Below are positions 39,891-52,911 of a stretch of DNA of 64,000 nt, piece after piece; the stretch's first letter is position 1; every line of letters starts with the position of its first letter. Location: contig OX597824.1 in assembly GCA_951406725.2 (NCBI GenBank), positions 53,072,001-53,136,000 on the forward strand. Reading direction: 5' to 3'. The DNA is from Octopus vulgaris (Eukaryota). The notes beneath the pieces were generated by a model. That model did no database searches. It worked only from the letters and a program-made list of their open reading frames with translations, and was not told where the DNA came from. Position numbers and translations under genes: made by a program.

Positions 39891-41589
39891 AAAAACAAAT
39901 CAAATCCTAATTTCAGTTTATTGTGTGGAAATGGATAGGTGATACTATAACTTAGTTCCTGCTAGTGTCGACAGAATATATGTGCTAACCGGCCATCTTA
40001 AAGATAGTGTTTTAGTACACAGCTTGTGTGTGTGTGTGTATTTGTGTGTGTGGTGGTGGGGTGGGGGTGCGTATATTAATTTCTTTTGACTAATGAACAT
40101 GCACAGCATTTTAAACGAATATATGTTTTTACTTATCTGCTTTTCTGAAATTTAGTAGCCGTTTCTCTTTTTATATGCCCGTAGATTTGTGATTTTAAGA
40201 ACCGAAATGTGGGATATTTTATTGTTTGCAATGACTTTCCTTTGGACAATACTTGAACCATCTGGGTATTGAAATTATACTACGATCAAAATTTTGCATT
40301 CTGCCATATGCTATCCATGGTGCTGCAACTTGTTATACGCTACTCGAGAGTTCTTTTTAATAAGACAAAAATGTTCTCTACTTTGCAGGAAAAGCATGAA
40401 GAATATTGCAATAATATTCTTATTTTTCCAACAGCATTGTTGTTGTATGTTAATTGAGCTCACTTGAGCTCACTTCAGACAAAATATTAAAACCGAATCA
40501 TGAACTCTGCTTTCCCTGACGTAGACCGTACTCGATTGAGCTTCCAACTATATAAAGAAATTCCGCCTTTAATGATAATCTGGCTGGATCAAGGTTGATT
40601 TAGGACTACTCCAATGTTTGTTCTTGAATTGCAAGCATCTACTGGTTCAGTATCAAAATCCACCTTATGAAGCGTTAAATACCCCAGAAACATGATTAGT
40701 TTTAGGCCAAATGCTAATATATCGTAAATAATTTACTTTGTTAAACAGGATTCCTATTCCACTCAGATATGAGAACTATTTCCTTATTGATGTAATTCAT
40801 GTAGCCAGAAACCACAAAATGCCTATATCGGTTATGAACTCCTGACCATCACTAAATGCAAGCTTAAGCATAAGTTATTTATTAACACTGATATAAATCG
40901 ATTCCCAGACAAGTAATTTCATTTTGAATTGAATTTTTTTTCTTAAAATGAAAGCCTTTCCTTTATTCTTGTTTCTCTTTATTCTTAAAATTGTATCTTT
41001 TTCAATAATTATATGATGCACTAATTCATGTAATCGCGATATATCTCGAAATTCTTGACACCAGGCTCATCATCGGAGAAGACAGATTCGGTCTCTAAAG
41101 ATATATCATCATTATTATCTTTCATCACCCACTCTCTGAAACATACCTTAACTAGTCATTATTAGGTAGTTGGCAATCAAACGTAGAAAAGAAAAAAATA
41201 TCTTGAACGCTGACTTCATGTGTGCTCTCCCTTCGAGCGATTTGGGGAAACTGACAAGCTCGGACAATGGTCGCTGCTTTTGGGTACCAAACATTTAAAC
41301 ATTTCGAGTTTATCAGACTGATCCAGCAAGCTTGGAAACCATGCGATATTACGTTACCATTCCATTCTGTAACATATTTTAACGATATATATCGTATCTT
41401 TCCCAAAAAATAACATTGTCGAAATTCGAGATATTTCGCGTATAATCCGGGAGGGGATAATCCTTGATGCATTTGTATTAACTTGTAATATAATTTGTAT
41501 AATACATCAGTGCCCGCGGCTTACTTCATGGTTTCACCACTGCATGTGTTTCTATTGTTTCTTGTGTGATTTTCTGTCAGACATATCTG

Positions 41590-41960
41590 TGTGATTAAGA
41601 AATACGCCGAAGCCTCATGCTTTTAGGCTCAATCCCTCTATGCCGTACCTTGGGCAAGTGTCTTCTATAATAGCTGCGGGCCGATCAGTACCTTGTCAGG
41701 AAATTTGATTGAAGCAAACTTTACAAAAGCCTGAAATCTGTGTAAGAGCGTGTGTGCGCTTGTGTTTATCTCTCACTACTCGACAAAAGATATAGATTTG
41801 TATATGTCGCTGTAACTTAGAAGTTCGGCAAAAGAACGATAGAATAAGTACCAGTCTTAAAATATTACTGGTGCAAATTTTGATCGGGTAAATTCCTTCA
41901 AGACAATGTCCGAGCATGACCTTAGTCCAATAGCAGAAGTATGCGAAAAGATAAGAGTAT
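41590..41960 (+). mobile_element. SINE family B, diverged
   Basis: CCTTGGGCAAGTGTCTTCTA, GTAACTTAG..GTTCGGCAAAAGA, GATAGAATAAGTACCAG, AGCATGACC. Confidence 0.8.
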
Positions 41961-43987
41961 AAAAAGAAAGTGTGTAAAAGATTGCTAATAAGTTTATGGC
42001 ATCCACTGTGTCATCCACTTGATTATTGCAACCTCTAAAAATCAAACCAGAAACTACTTTAAAACAAAATCATTAAGAATCTTTTTTTTTTTTTTTCACT
42101 GTAGTAAATGATTTTCTTCGAAAGATAATTCAATGAACTGAGGGAAACTACGAATAGAAACGAATTGACTTCATTTATATTGTTTAAGCACATAAGGAAA
42201 GCATGAACACCACTGCTTCTTATTTACCTCATCTAAAAATATAGTCATGACAAAAAGAAGTGATACTTTATACATCTCACAGTTATAATCTGAAGATCGA
42301 AGCACACTGTCCTCTTTCGATTCCCGATTTAAACTATTTCGCTAATGCTGCTAATATCATTGAAAAAGCATGAATATTGTAAATATCTAGCCCTGGTTTC
42401 CAATAAATGAAAGGTTTCGTGTGTAAGAAGCCAAATATGTATATATTTTCTTCTTGATGTTTCTTTATTATGACACTGTTGTTAACATGAACTGACAAAT
42501 CTTACAGATTCACCGTAATATTTTACAGGCAAAAGCAATTTCGATCGGTAGAAATCAAAGATTTTATTTCCCTGATTTTGAACTTAATGTTGTGCATACC
42601 ATGTTATTAAATAGGTTTATTAATTCAATATCTAACTTTGTACGTTTTTCACTGAATCTGCAGCCATGAATATCTTGCACTTTATTCCATGTAGATGAAA
42701 AGGAAATACAAATATATGTGAGAATAATAATCATAGCGCAGCAAATGTCACTTTGAAAAGGAAACATCCATTGTTACATGTTTGATACCTTCTCATTTTA
42801 ACCAACTTCAGCTGCTTATTATCTCCACAAACGATTCTTTTCAATAGGCAGTGTTTCCACAAGCTGTTGTAACTCTGCCTTTGCCTCATAGAATTGTAAG
42901 TAACATCGTGTATTAGTAATATTGCTAGAATCTTGCCAGCTGACCATAAAATACACTTCCGGTTACTACATATAACCGTTTCACTTCACTTTCAATAATC
43001 AAGCCTTACAGAAAAGCATAAATACAACACATCTACGTTCTCCTCAATGTAGCTGCATGACTTACTCGAAATAACAGTCAAATATCCCTAAAATCATACA
43101 TTGCAATCTTAAAAATAAATCCATACACTGGATAATACAGTCCTATTCACACCATTTCTGAAAACAAACACTAGATGATGCCGACAAAGTACTATAATTT
43201 AACTTTGAAGGAAACTCATCAGCATATTCTAATACCTAATAGGCACCATTTTAATGAATTTGTTTCATTAAAACTGTTAAAATTCATAAACATTACACTA
43301 CAACTGCATCCCACTTGTAATAAATATTGAACTTTATGTCAAAAAAAGATTAGTTGATCATTACGATTCCTCTTACGTGGATAGTTAATGTAACGACGAG
43401 GTCCTGCGTTAACAAAAATTGCGACTAAACTTCCTTTTTATACTTAGAAATTGTTTGATACTTTATGACCAACAGATATGCATGAAAATCATTCCCTACT
43501 TTTCGTATGTGTATATAAATATGTGCAATTGTGTGTATGTGCGTGATTGTGCGCTTGTATAGTGTATGCACATGTAAAGTATTTGTATAAGTGTGTGTAT
43601 ACGATTTTATGTATACGCTGCTAGGTTAATGTTTCACCTAAATATTGATTGCAAAGAATGAGCGAACAATGTACTTTTTTTCATGTCTAATGTTTCGTTA
43701 CAACTTTTCATCTTTTAAATTTTCGGAAAAGTAACCAAGCTTTTATTGTACTGGATATGGTAATAGCATCTATGCTAATCTGAAGAATCAGTAGAACGTC
43801 AGTAAGTACAATGCGATATTTACCTACGTGTTCTCACGTTCTGAGTTCAAATCGTACCAAGGTCTGCTTTACTTTTCAGCTTTCAAGCGGTGTGATGTCT
43901 GTAATGGACTATCAATAGAGTGGTGTCCCCAACGGAACATTTTACAAATCTTTAGAGTTCCAATGATGGCTTGGATCTGTAGGCTTC

Positions 43988-44190
43988 ATGTATGTATGTA
44001 TGTATGTATGTATGTATGTATGTATGTATGTATGTATGTATGTATGTATGTATGTATGTATGTATGTATGTATGTATGTATGTATGTATGTATGTATGTA
44101 TGTATGTATGTATGTATGTATGTATGTATGTATGTATGTATGTATGTATGTATGTATGTATGTATGTACGTACGTACGTACGTATGTATG

Positions 44191-44220
<30 letters not shown>
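43988..44220 (+). repeat. Long (TATG)n microsatellite
   Basis: Directly visible. Confidence 0.97.
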
Positions 44221-44221
<1 letters not shown>

Positions 44222-44372
44222 CTGCTTGCATGTATACATGCTAATGAGAGTCAACATCCATAGGCTATCATGCCTATGAACTCAAGGAGTTCGTTCTCAA
44301 CCGCACAGTTCCTTGTGTATAGAATTTCATAGACAAAAACTGTGCGGAAGACGATGGTCTATGAATATATTT

Positions 44373-44451
<79 letters not shown>

Positions 44452-44961
44452 ATCTTTCGCTGATTTATATCGACACAGGATATCATTGAAAAATCCGGAA
44501 GACGGGTGCTTTCTGAGGTACCTTGCATCGATGTAGACATTCCCTTGTTATTCACGCCACCATAAATGCAGTAAACCCGTGATTTACCTGTTAAAAAGCT
44601 ATAACAAAAGAATTTATTATTCGCAGAACGCGATATAAACTAAATAACTAAATGTAGGATGTCTAATCCCACCGTTACCAACATATATACCATATAATAG
44701 TTATTTAGAGAGAAAAGAAGTATAACAGCCTCTATTTCAAAATGTATACTGACATAAAATATAATGTCCGCACATTCTGCAATATATACAATGCACCACA
44801 AAACTAAATCTGAATGAAGCATTCGATTATAATTTGTCTTATTTTATTTTAATGTGATGGCTACAGACAAATAAATCAACCCGAATCTAATTAGAAAACC
44901 AATAGCTTGTCTATAAATGACGTTTATACGCAATAATCTCTTGAATTATGTAAAATATTAG

Positions 44962-44995
<34 letters not shown>

Positions 44996-46370
44996 ATTTA
45001 AGAAAGAGAGAGGGATGGAACAAATGTATGGGTGTATATGTACGTCTGAAAGCGTGTATATGCATTACATATATATATATGTATATAGTCATGTAGTTTT
45101 TTATATGACAATAAGTGAACATGTACTCGTATATTCTATTGCCTACCAGTGCAAGTGTTTGTGTATAAAAAGGTAGAGGTAGGCAGTTGTACATACTCAA
45201 ACACATGCGCGCACAAACACGTATACACACCTGTATTTGCGTGTATGTGCCTGTATTTGCATATAGTTAGAGATGTAGAGTTGCGTACACTCTAACTTAC
45301 ACATATACACACATTAGCATATGTATGTGCGTTTGGATATAAACAGAGATGTAGACAGTTTATAGACACTCATCTAAACACACACATGCGCGTGTACGTT
45401 TGTAGGAAACGGCTTTAATCTTAAATGTGTTACATTAGATACACAACTGTGCTCCAGGTTAAACTTTTTTATTAGAAATTTCTGAAATTAACTTTTTCGT
45501 CCTTTGTGTTTATTTTGAAACAACCATCATAATCGTCGTCGTCGTCGTCATCATCATCATCCTCATCACTATCATCACCTTCATCATCATCATCATCAAA
45601 TGCTATATTCTGTCGCATAGCTAAGCTATTTTCTTCCACTGCTATCCAATCGCAGTTAAATGTCTTGCACCTCCGTCAATTTGGTTGGTCTACTTCTTGA
45701 AAATGTCGAACTTTCCATTTCCAATTTGTGATCGGATTTCTTCCACTTTGCTTTTCAGTGTGTCATTAATACTTAAGATGTGCACAAAATAGCGGACCTT
45801 TATCGCCTCAATGCAATGATATTCGAGAAATGTTGCCACGTTTTGTAGTACACATCACAGGGCCATAGTAATAACGTTATAACTTATGAAATCATCATTG
45901 CCGTATTTCAAATTGTTAAAATTGTTGCTATTTTCAAAGTTTACTTTATGTGCTTGTTTTATATACAATGCAGCTTGTAATGTGAAGTAGTAGTGTCAGA
46001 CATCACATGTAGAGAAGAGTGATACGGCTTTCACTAAAATAATAAATCTATTGTCTAGAATTATTTTGAAGGATTTCTAAGGGCTTGCTGAAACAGCAAA
46101 ATCTAGAAGTGAAACAGGTATTTAATAGTATACTTCTAATGTATGATCGGTTTATGTCAGATTTTACAAACCGTATAATTATTTTTAAGTACATAAATAG
46201 TCATTACTCAGAATATCGTTTTCATTAATTTTATTTTCTGATAAATGACACAGACGTCCCACAAAAACTAGGAATATAGAAATATATCATACTCCATAGG
46301 AGTATGCATGAAATCATACACATACATACATACATACATACATACATACATTTATATATACATACAAACA

Positions 46371-46429
<59 letters not shown>

Positions 46430-46431
<2 letters not shown>

Positions 46432-46530
46432 GCGCAGAAGTGGCTGTAAGAAGATTGCTTCTCAAGGTCATAGTTCTGTGTTCAGCCCTACTGCGTGGCG
46501 CCTTGGGCAAGTGTCTTCTATTATAGCCTC
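46430..46530 (+). mobile_element. SINE family B, 5' fragment
   Basis: GGCGCAG.AGTGGCTGT...CTGCGTGGCGCCTTGGGCAAGTGTCTTCTA.TATAGCCTC. Confidence 0.78.
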
Positions 46531-46744
46531 AGAATCTGCCACAACTATAAAATTTTGGTGTCTATTATTGATGTAAATTTATTAAAAAATGGTTTATCCT
46601 TTATGTTCGAAGTCTATGCGTTCATCTGACGAGAACGGTTTCTTTCAAAATGATGTAATGTTTTCATTAATCAATTAAATGGAGCCGCTTGAAATGGCCA
46701 TAATGAATTAACACCTGTACACCTTTGTAATTTATTTATATTAT

Positions 46745-47050
<306 letters not shown>

Positions 47051-47215
47051 AAAGATAAATGCGATACAATAAAATTAATTATAATCGCCGGTGTACCAGT
47101 ACACGCCATATATTATACATATATCATTACATTCAAGGCGAAGAGTGCACTAGATACACAATAGCTGGATAAATTTAGTGAGATGAAAATTAAAAACTTT
47201 TACAAACTTAACTTT

Positions 47216-47288
47216 TCTTATACTGCAGTTTCGCCAAATTCAGTAATAAAAATAGTATTTATTTACTCAGGCTGGCTCTTCAGTAAGA
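47216..47288 (-). ncRNA. Minimal type I hammerhead ribozyme, copy 1
   Basis: Minus strand TCTTA-CTGAAGA-GCCA-(AT-rich hairpin)-TGGC-GAAA-CTGCAG-TA^TAAGA: stem I TCTTA/TAAGA, core CUGAAGA and GAAA, stem II GCCA/TGGC, palindromic CTGCAG stem III, GUA cleavage triplet. Confidence 0.88.
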
Positions 47289-47619
47289 TTCCTGTTAATG
47301 ATGGGAAGACCATATCAATAGACCCATGTGCGTCTATCGAAATGCTCTTTCTAAACTATTCAAAACACTGCGCAGACTCAGAACAAACCCGACAAAATAG
47401 GGGATTGTGGTATATCGTCTAACGGTCAGAAATTTATCGAGAGAATATGTAAACAAAGATAAATGCGATACAATAAAATTAATTATAATCGCCGGTGTAC
47501 CAGTACACGCCATATATTATACATATATCATTACATTCAAGGCGAAGAGTGCACTAGATACACAATAGCTGGATAAATTTAGTGAGATGAAACTTAAAAA
47601 CTTTTACAAACTTAACTTT

Positions 47620-47692
47620 TCTTATACTGCAGTTTCGCCAAATTCAGTAATATAAATAGTATTTATTTACTCAGGCTGGCTCTTCAGTAAGA
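47620..47692 (-). ncRNA. Minimal type I hammerhead ribozyme, copy 2
   Basis: Same core and stems as copy 1; one substitution in the stem II extension. Confidence 0.88.
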
Positions 47693-48023
47693 TTCCTGTT
47701 AATGATGGGAAGACCATATCAATAGACCCATGTGCGTCTATCGAAATTCTCTTTCTAAACTATTCAAAACACTGCGCAGACTCAGAACAAACCCGACAAA
47801 ATAGGGGATTGTGGTATATCGTCTAACGGTCAGAAATTTATCGAGAGAATATGTAAACAAAGATAAATGCGATACAATAAAATTAATTATAATCGCCGGT
47901 GTACCAGTACACGCCATATATTATACATATATCATTACATTCAAGGCGAAGAGTGCACTAGATACACAATAGCTGGATAAATTTAGTGAGATGAAAATTA
48001 AAAGCTTTTACAAACTTAACTTT

Positions 48024-48096
48024 TCTTATACTGCAGTTTCGCCAAATTCAGTAATAAAAATAGTATTTATTTACTCAGGCTGGCTCTTCAGTAAGA
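48024..48096 (-). ncRNA. Minimal type I hammerhead ribozyme, copy 3
   Basis: Same motif as copy 1. Confidence 0.88.
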
Positions 48097-48427
48097 TTCC
48101 TGTTAATGATGGGAAGACCATATCAATAGACCCATGTGCGTCTATCGAAATGCTCTTTCTAAACTATTCAAAACACTGCGCAGACTCAGAACAAACCCGA
48201 CAAAATAGGGGATTGTGGTATATCGTCTAACGGTCAGAAATTTATCGAGAGAATATGTAAACAAAGATAAATGCGATACAATAAAATTAATTATAATCGC
48301 CGGTGTACCAGTACACGCCATATATTATACATATATCATTACATTCAAGGCGAAGAGTGCACTAGATACACAATAGCTGGATAAATTTAGTGAGATGAAA
48401 ATTAAAAGCTTTTACAAACTTAACTTT

Positions 48428-48500
48428 TCTTATACTGCAGTTTCGCCAAATTCAGTAATAAAAATAGTATTTATTTACTCAGGCTGGCTCTTCAGTAAGA
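48428..48500 (-). ncRNA. Minimal type I hammerhead ribozyme, copy 4
   Basis: Same motif as copy 1. Confidence 0.88.
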
Positions 48501-48792
48501 TTCCTGTTAATGATGGGAAGACCATATCAATAGACCCATGTGCGTCTATCGAAATGCTCTTTCTAAACTATTCAAAACACTGCGCAGACTCAGAACAAAC
48601 CCGACAAAATAGGGGATTGTGGTATATCGTCTAACGGTCAGAAATTTATCGAGAGAATATGTAAACAAAGATAAATGCGATACAATAAAATTAATTATAA
48701 TCGCCGGTGTACCAGTACACGCCATATATTATACATATATCATTACATTCAAGGCGAAGAGTGCACTATATATATATATATATAATACACAC

Positions 48793-48854
<62 letters not shown>

Positions 48855-49554
48855 TCATGTTTGAGCATCTGATGAAGTTGTTACTTAGACACTCACCTAT
48901 GATACCACCGCATCTTAGAGTGAAAACAGCTGTAAAAGATAATGAAGTTTATAAGATAATCGTTTATTCCTTTGTCGTCTCTTTTTCATAAAAATATATA
49001 TCGGTCAGTTGCCCATAAATCCGAAAAAAACACATTCTAAAATGTTTATTTTTTTTGAGAAGTAATATTTTATATATTCAAATCCTTAATAGCGTATCAG
49101 TGTAAACAAAATAGTTTACAGTCGTATAAGGTATAATAATAAAGTCAAACCAAATATTGCTATTGTGAACGCAATTCATACACACATTCAGATCATTTTG
49201 CAAGAGAGAAGGAATTAATCTCTCATGTAACATCTTCTTCAGCTGAGATATTTCAAAGTGTAGAATACAGTAGAATACACCCATAACATATAGTTTTGGC
49301 CAGGCTACATCAACATATCCTGCCCACTAGAAGAAGAAAGGACGTAGCTAGAAGGAATAGAATATCTATAGAGAGAAAAAGGAATTAGTTTTGTAGCAAT
49401 GGGAACACTGAACGGAAAAAAGAAAGTATGAGAGGGGTAGAAATGCATTGGAGTACTATGAAAGAAAAGCACAACTAAATAAACAGATAAATTAAAACTT
49501 GAATAAATAAATAAATAAATACTAAGTAACTAAATAAGTAAAGGAGTAGATATA

Positions 49555-50779
49555 CAGGAGTTGAACAAAATAAGGGAAGCACCTTAAAATTTCAAACAAA
49601 TTTATCTTAATATGGGGTAGGACGGCCTTTGCCAGTAATTACAGGCTTGAATTCTATGTGGTATAGACTCGTACAAAGTTTGAATTGTTTCCAAAAGAAT
49701 TTTTGTCCATTCTTCAGCTAAAACAGTCTCCAGTTCTTGTAGTGATGATGGTGGCGGATATCGACTCCTTACTTGTTTGTTTTTCTAAAATGCACCATAA
49801 ATGTTCAATAATATTGAGATCTGGGGACTGTTCAACTTCACTAGAATGCTCCTCGTTCCATTCAGTAATAACATTAGCTGTGTGAATTGGTGCATTATCA
49901 TCCTGAAAGATTGCGTTTCTCTACGGAAATAGTTCTGCAACCATAGGATGAATTTGATCAGATAAAATGCTTAAATAGTCTTGACTATTAATTCTGACCT
50001 GAAACCCCCACAGATCATCACAGCTCCTCCTCCATGTGTAACAGTTGGAAGAAGGCAGTCTGGGTCAAATGCTTCTTTTGGCGGTCTCCACACGTATACT
50101 TGACCGGTGGTCGGAAATAAGGTAAAGGATGACTCATCCGAGAAAATAATATTCTTCCACTGTCCTAGAGACCAATTCTGTAGGTTTTTACTCCACTTTA
50201 AATGCTTATAAACGTTTGTTCTTGAAAGGAGTGGTTTTCTAATTGCAGCCCTCCTATGAAATCCGACTTTGTGCTGCTCCCGGCGAACAGTTTTAGGGGG
50301 AACTGGGTTCCCGAGGCGGTCATTGAGCTCTGCAGTAAATATTGGAGCTGTACCTTTTGTGATCCTTTCTGATAATTCGCGTAAGAGTCCGACGGTCCAT
50401 ATCTAAAAGTTTTGGTTTTCTTCCAGAGTTTTGTTTCGACGAGGAGGTTTTACCCTCCTTCTCAAAAGCTGTCATTACTTTCGAGACAGTACTTCTTGAT
50501 ACACCAAACATTTCAGCTGTCTTCGTTACGCTAGCGCCTACCACACGAGAACAAACAATTTGACCTCTTTGAAAGTCTGATAGATCGGTCATTTTAATGA
50601 ATTTTAATTACCTTTTTCCTACGATCTGTAAAGAAACAATGCTTTTAGCAAAACATATTAAGCAACACTAATAATAAATTAAAAGGCTTAAAAATAAACA
50701 AGCATTTGACGGTTTTATAGATATTTCAAAATTATGGTGCTATGATGCTAAGTGCTTCCATTATCTTGTCCAACTCCTG
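49555..50779 (-). mobile_element. Tc1-family DNA transposon with both TIRs and TA TSDs; internally deleted, frameshifted transposase
   Basis: TA|CAGGAGTTGAACAAAATAAGGGAAGCAC ... GTGCTTCCATTATCTTGTCCAACTCCTG|TA. Transposase from 50592: MTDLSDFQRGQIV...GVSRSTVSKV...SGRKPKL, IFSDESSF, FQDDNAPIH, SPDLNIIEHLW. Confidence 0.93.
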
Positions 50780-51419
50780 TACGTACGATATATCAGGAGG
50801 ATATGAGAAAGTATAAGTATGATAAAAGAAATTAAAGAAAATGCCAGCGAAATAAAGCGATCGTGGTATCATAAAGCTAGAATCGGTGAGAGAAGTTAAG
50901 TACCGAATGGAGATGAGAAGAAAATAAGGTGAATAAGAAGAGAGGGAGTTGGGGACAAATAGCGGGTCGAAGGAGCCGACAAGGAATTAATAGAAGTTCT
51001 ATAAATTTAAGTGTACTTGATTGTCATCTTAAAAACAGTGTCGAGCCCGAAGGATAGTGAAAGAACGTGATTGACATAAATCATACCGGTAGGCAGGTGT
51101 ATTTGTTTTTGCATGCTTGCATACAAAAGTGTATACCTATTAACCTAAATTTACAGGCATAGAATTCACTATACCTGTACAGATATAAGCATAAAATTTG
51201 CATGTGTGCAATTTTATCTGAATGTATAAATATATGTGCGCGTGTGTATGTATGTCATTATTCAGTTTTATTTCAAAAGTTCTTGCCAATAGAGGAGCCG
51301 GTTTCTAACCTAAACCCAAGTCTCCTTCGCTGGAATTTCAACATCAACAACAGGGTATTTTTGTATGTATGTGTGTATGTATGTATGTATGTATGTATGT
51401 ATGTATGTATGTATGTATG

Positions 51420-51450
<31 letters not shown>

Positions 51451-51499
51451 TTACTGCGGACAAGACTGCGTGGCATTCAATTATAAATAAATTTTAAAA

Positions 51500-52052
51500 G
51501 TAAGCATTAAGTACAGGATATCACCAACGAGTGAAAATTACGTAAATACACGAGAGAAAAGTACAGGAAAAAATATCAAAAGAAGATAACTCGCTCATTA
51601 GATGTCAACTGTATATTACTACCTCTTCCGTGCTTTTAACGGCAAGAAAGAAATACTTCATAAGAAATACTTCATTTTTTCCTCTTCTACTATTTTCTTC
51701 TCTTCTATTTATTCTAGATTCTTTCAATTTTCTCCTAGGCTTTACCATTACAATTCATCTTGGTCTAACGGTCCTTAATGTTTGTCTTCCTCGATTGTTT
51801 ACCTTGTACGTTCACTCTGTTGTTGTTTGTTCGTTCGAAGCCCTAACTCTCCACAAATTTCATATTTTAAAAAATTTTTGGATGCCGCTGTCTTATGGAG
51901 TATTCCTATTTTGTCGTTAAAAGCGCGAAATGGACAGTAACAAACAGTCGGCAACTGAAGGGTGAGTTATCTCCTTTTGATATTTTGTCCTGTACTTTTC
52001 TCTTGTGTGTTTACGTACTCATCCCTCTTTGGTGATATGCTGTACTTAATGT
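51500..52052. repeat. Imperfect inverted repeat with ~160-bp arms (probably Penelope pLTR-derived)
   Basis: ~51502-51665 is the reverse complement of ~51890-52052 (e.g. GAGAAAAGTACAGGA.AAAATATCAAAAG.AGATAACTC). A third related copy lies at 52340-52515 and a distant one at 21050-21230. Confidence 0.8.
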
Positions 52053-52838
52053 GTATTTTTTATTTATGTATGCATGTATACATGCAGTTTGTATGGTTTG
52101 TCTTATGTATGTATTCTCATGCATATTGTTGTATGTATGTATGTATGTACATTTTATGTTTTACTTGTTTTAGTCATTAGACTGCGGCCATACTGAAACA
52201 CTACCTTGGAAAATTTCAATCGTACTAATTTTTAAGCCTGGTACGTTTTCTATCGGGTGCTTTTTACTGAACTGCTAGGTCACAGGCGACGTAAACACAC
52301 CAGCATTGGTTAACAAACACAGACATAAAGACACACATAAAGATAACTCGTTCATCAGTTGTCGACTGTTTATTACTACCCATTTCGTCCTTTTAACGAC
52401 AAGATAGGAATACTTCATAAGAGAGCAGCATTTTTCCTTTTCCACTATTTTCTCTTCTATTTATTCGAGCTAGTAAAGGATGGTTTTTGGAGTATTCCTA
52501 TTTTGTCGTTAAAAGTGTTTGTTTTTTTTATTCTATTTATTCCATATACTTTATTAGTGCCAATTCACAACACTCTCACTCTGAGTCACTCTGTTACCTC
52601 TGCTAAATATTAATAAAAATATACATATACAGCAGTCCCCCGGTATTCGCGGAGGTTATGTTCCTATGGCACCCGTGAATATTAGACGTGGTCCATAAAA
52701 TGCCTTTAAATGTCAAAATAAAGCGTAAACTTTTATATTATATATAAGGAAATAATTTTATTCTCAAATGCAGGATAATGCTAATAATATAGCATGAACA
52801 GGATAAACTACACATATTTTGTAGAAAAATATGTCGGC

Positions 52839-52911
52839 GGCCAGCCACGAGACTCGAACTCACATCCCTGCGATTACGCGTCCAGTGCTTTACTTTTAAG
52901 CTAAACTGACC
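52839..52911 (-). pseudogene. tRNA-like sequence (CGT at the anticodon position, Thr-like); pseudogene or SINE head inside the Tigger
   Basis: GGTCAGT..TAGCTTAAAAGTAAAGCA..CTGGACGCGTAATCGCAG..GAGTTCGAGTCTC..GCTGGCC: acceptor stem, D arm and T loop recognisable; anticodon stem imperfect. Confidence 0.55.

Noticed and set aside
47183-48634. 79-aa plus-strand ORF repeated in the 404-bp monomers
   Set aside because: No recognisable domain, antisense to the ribozyme, and broken by a stop codon in copy 2; most likely incidental.
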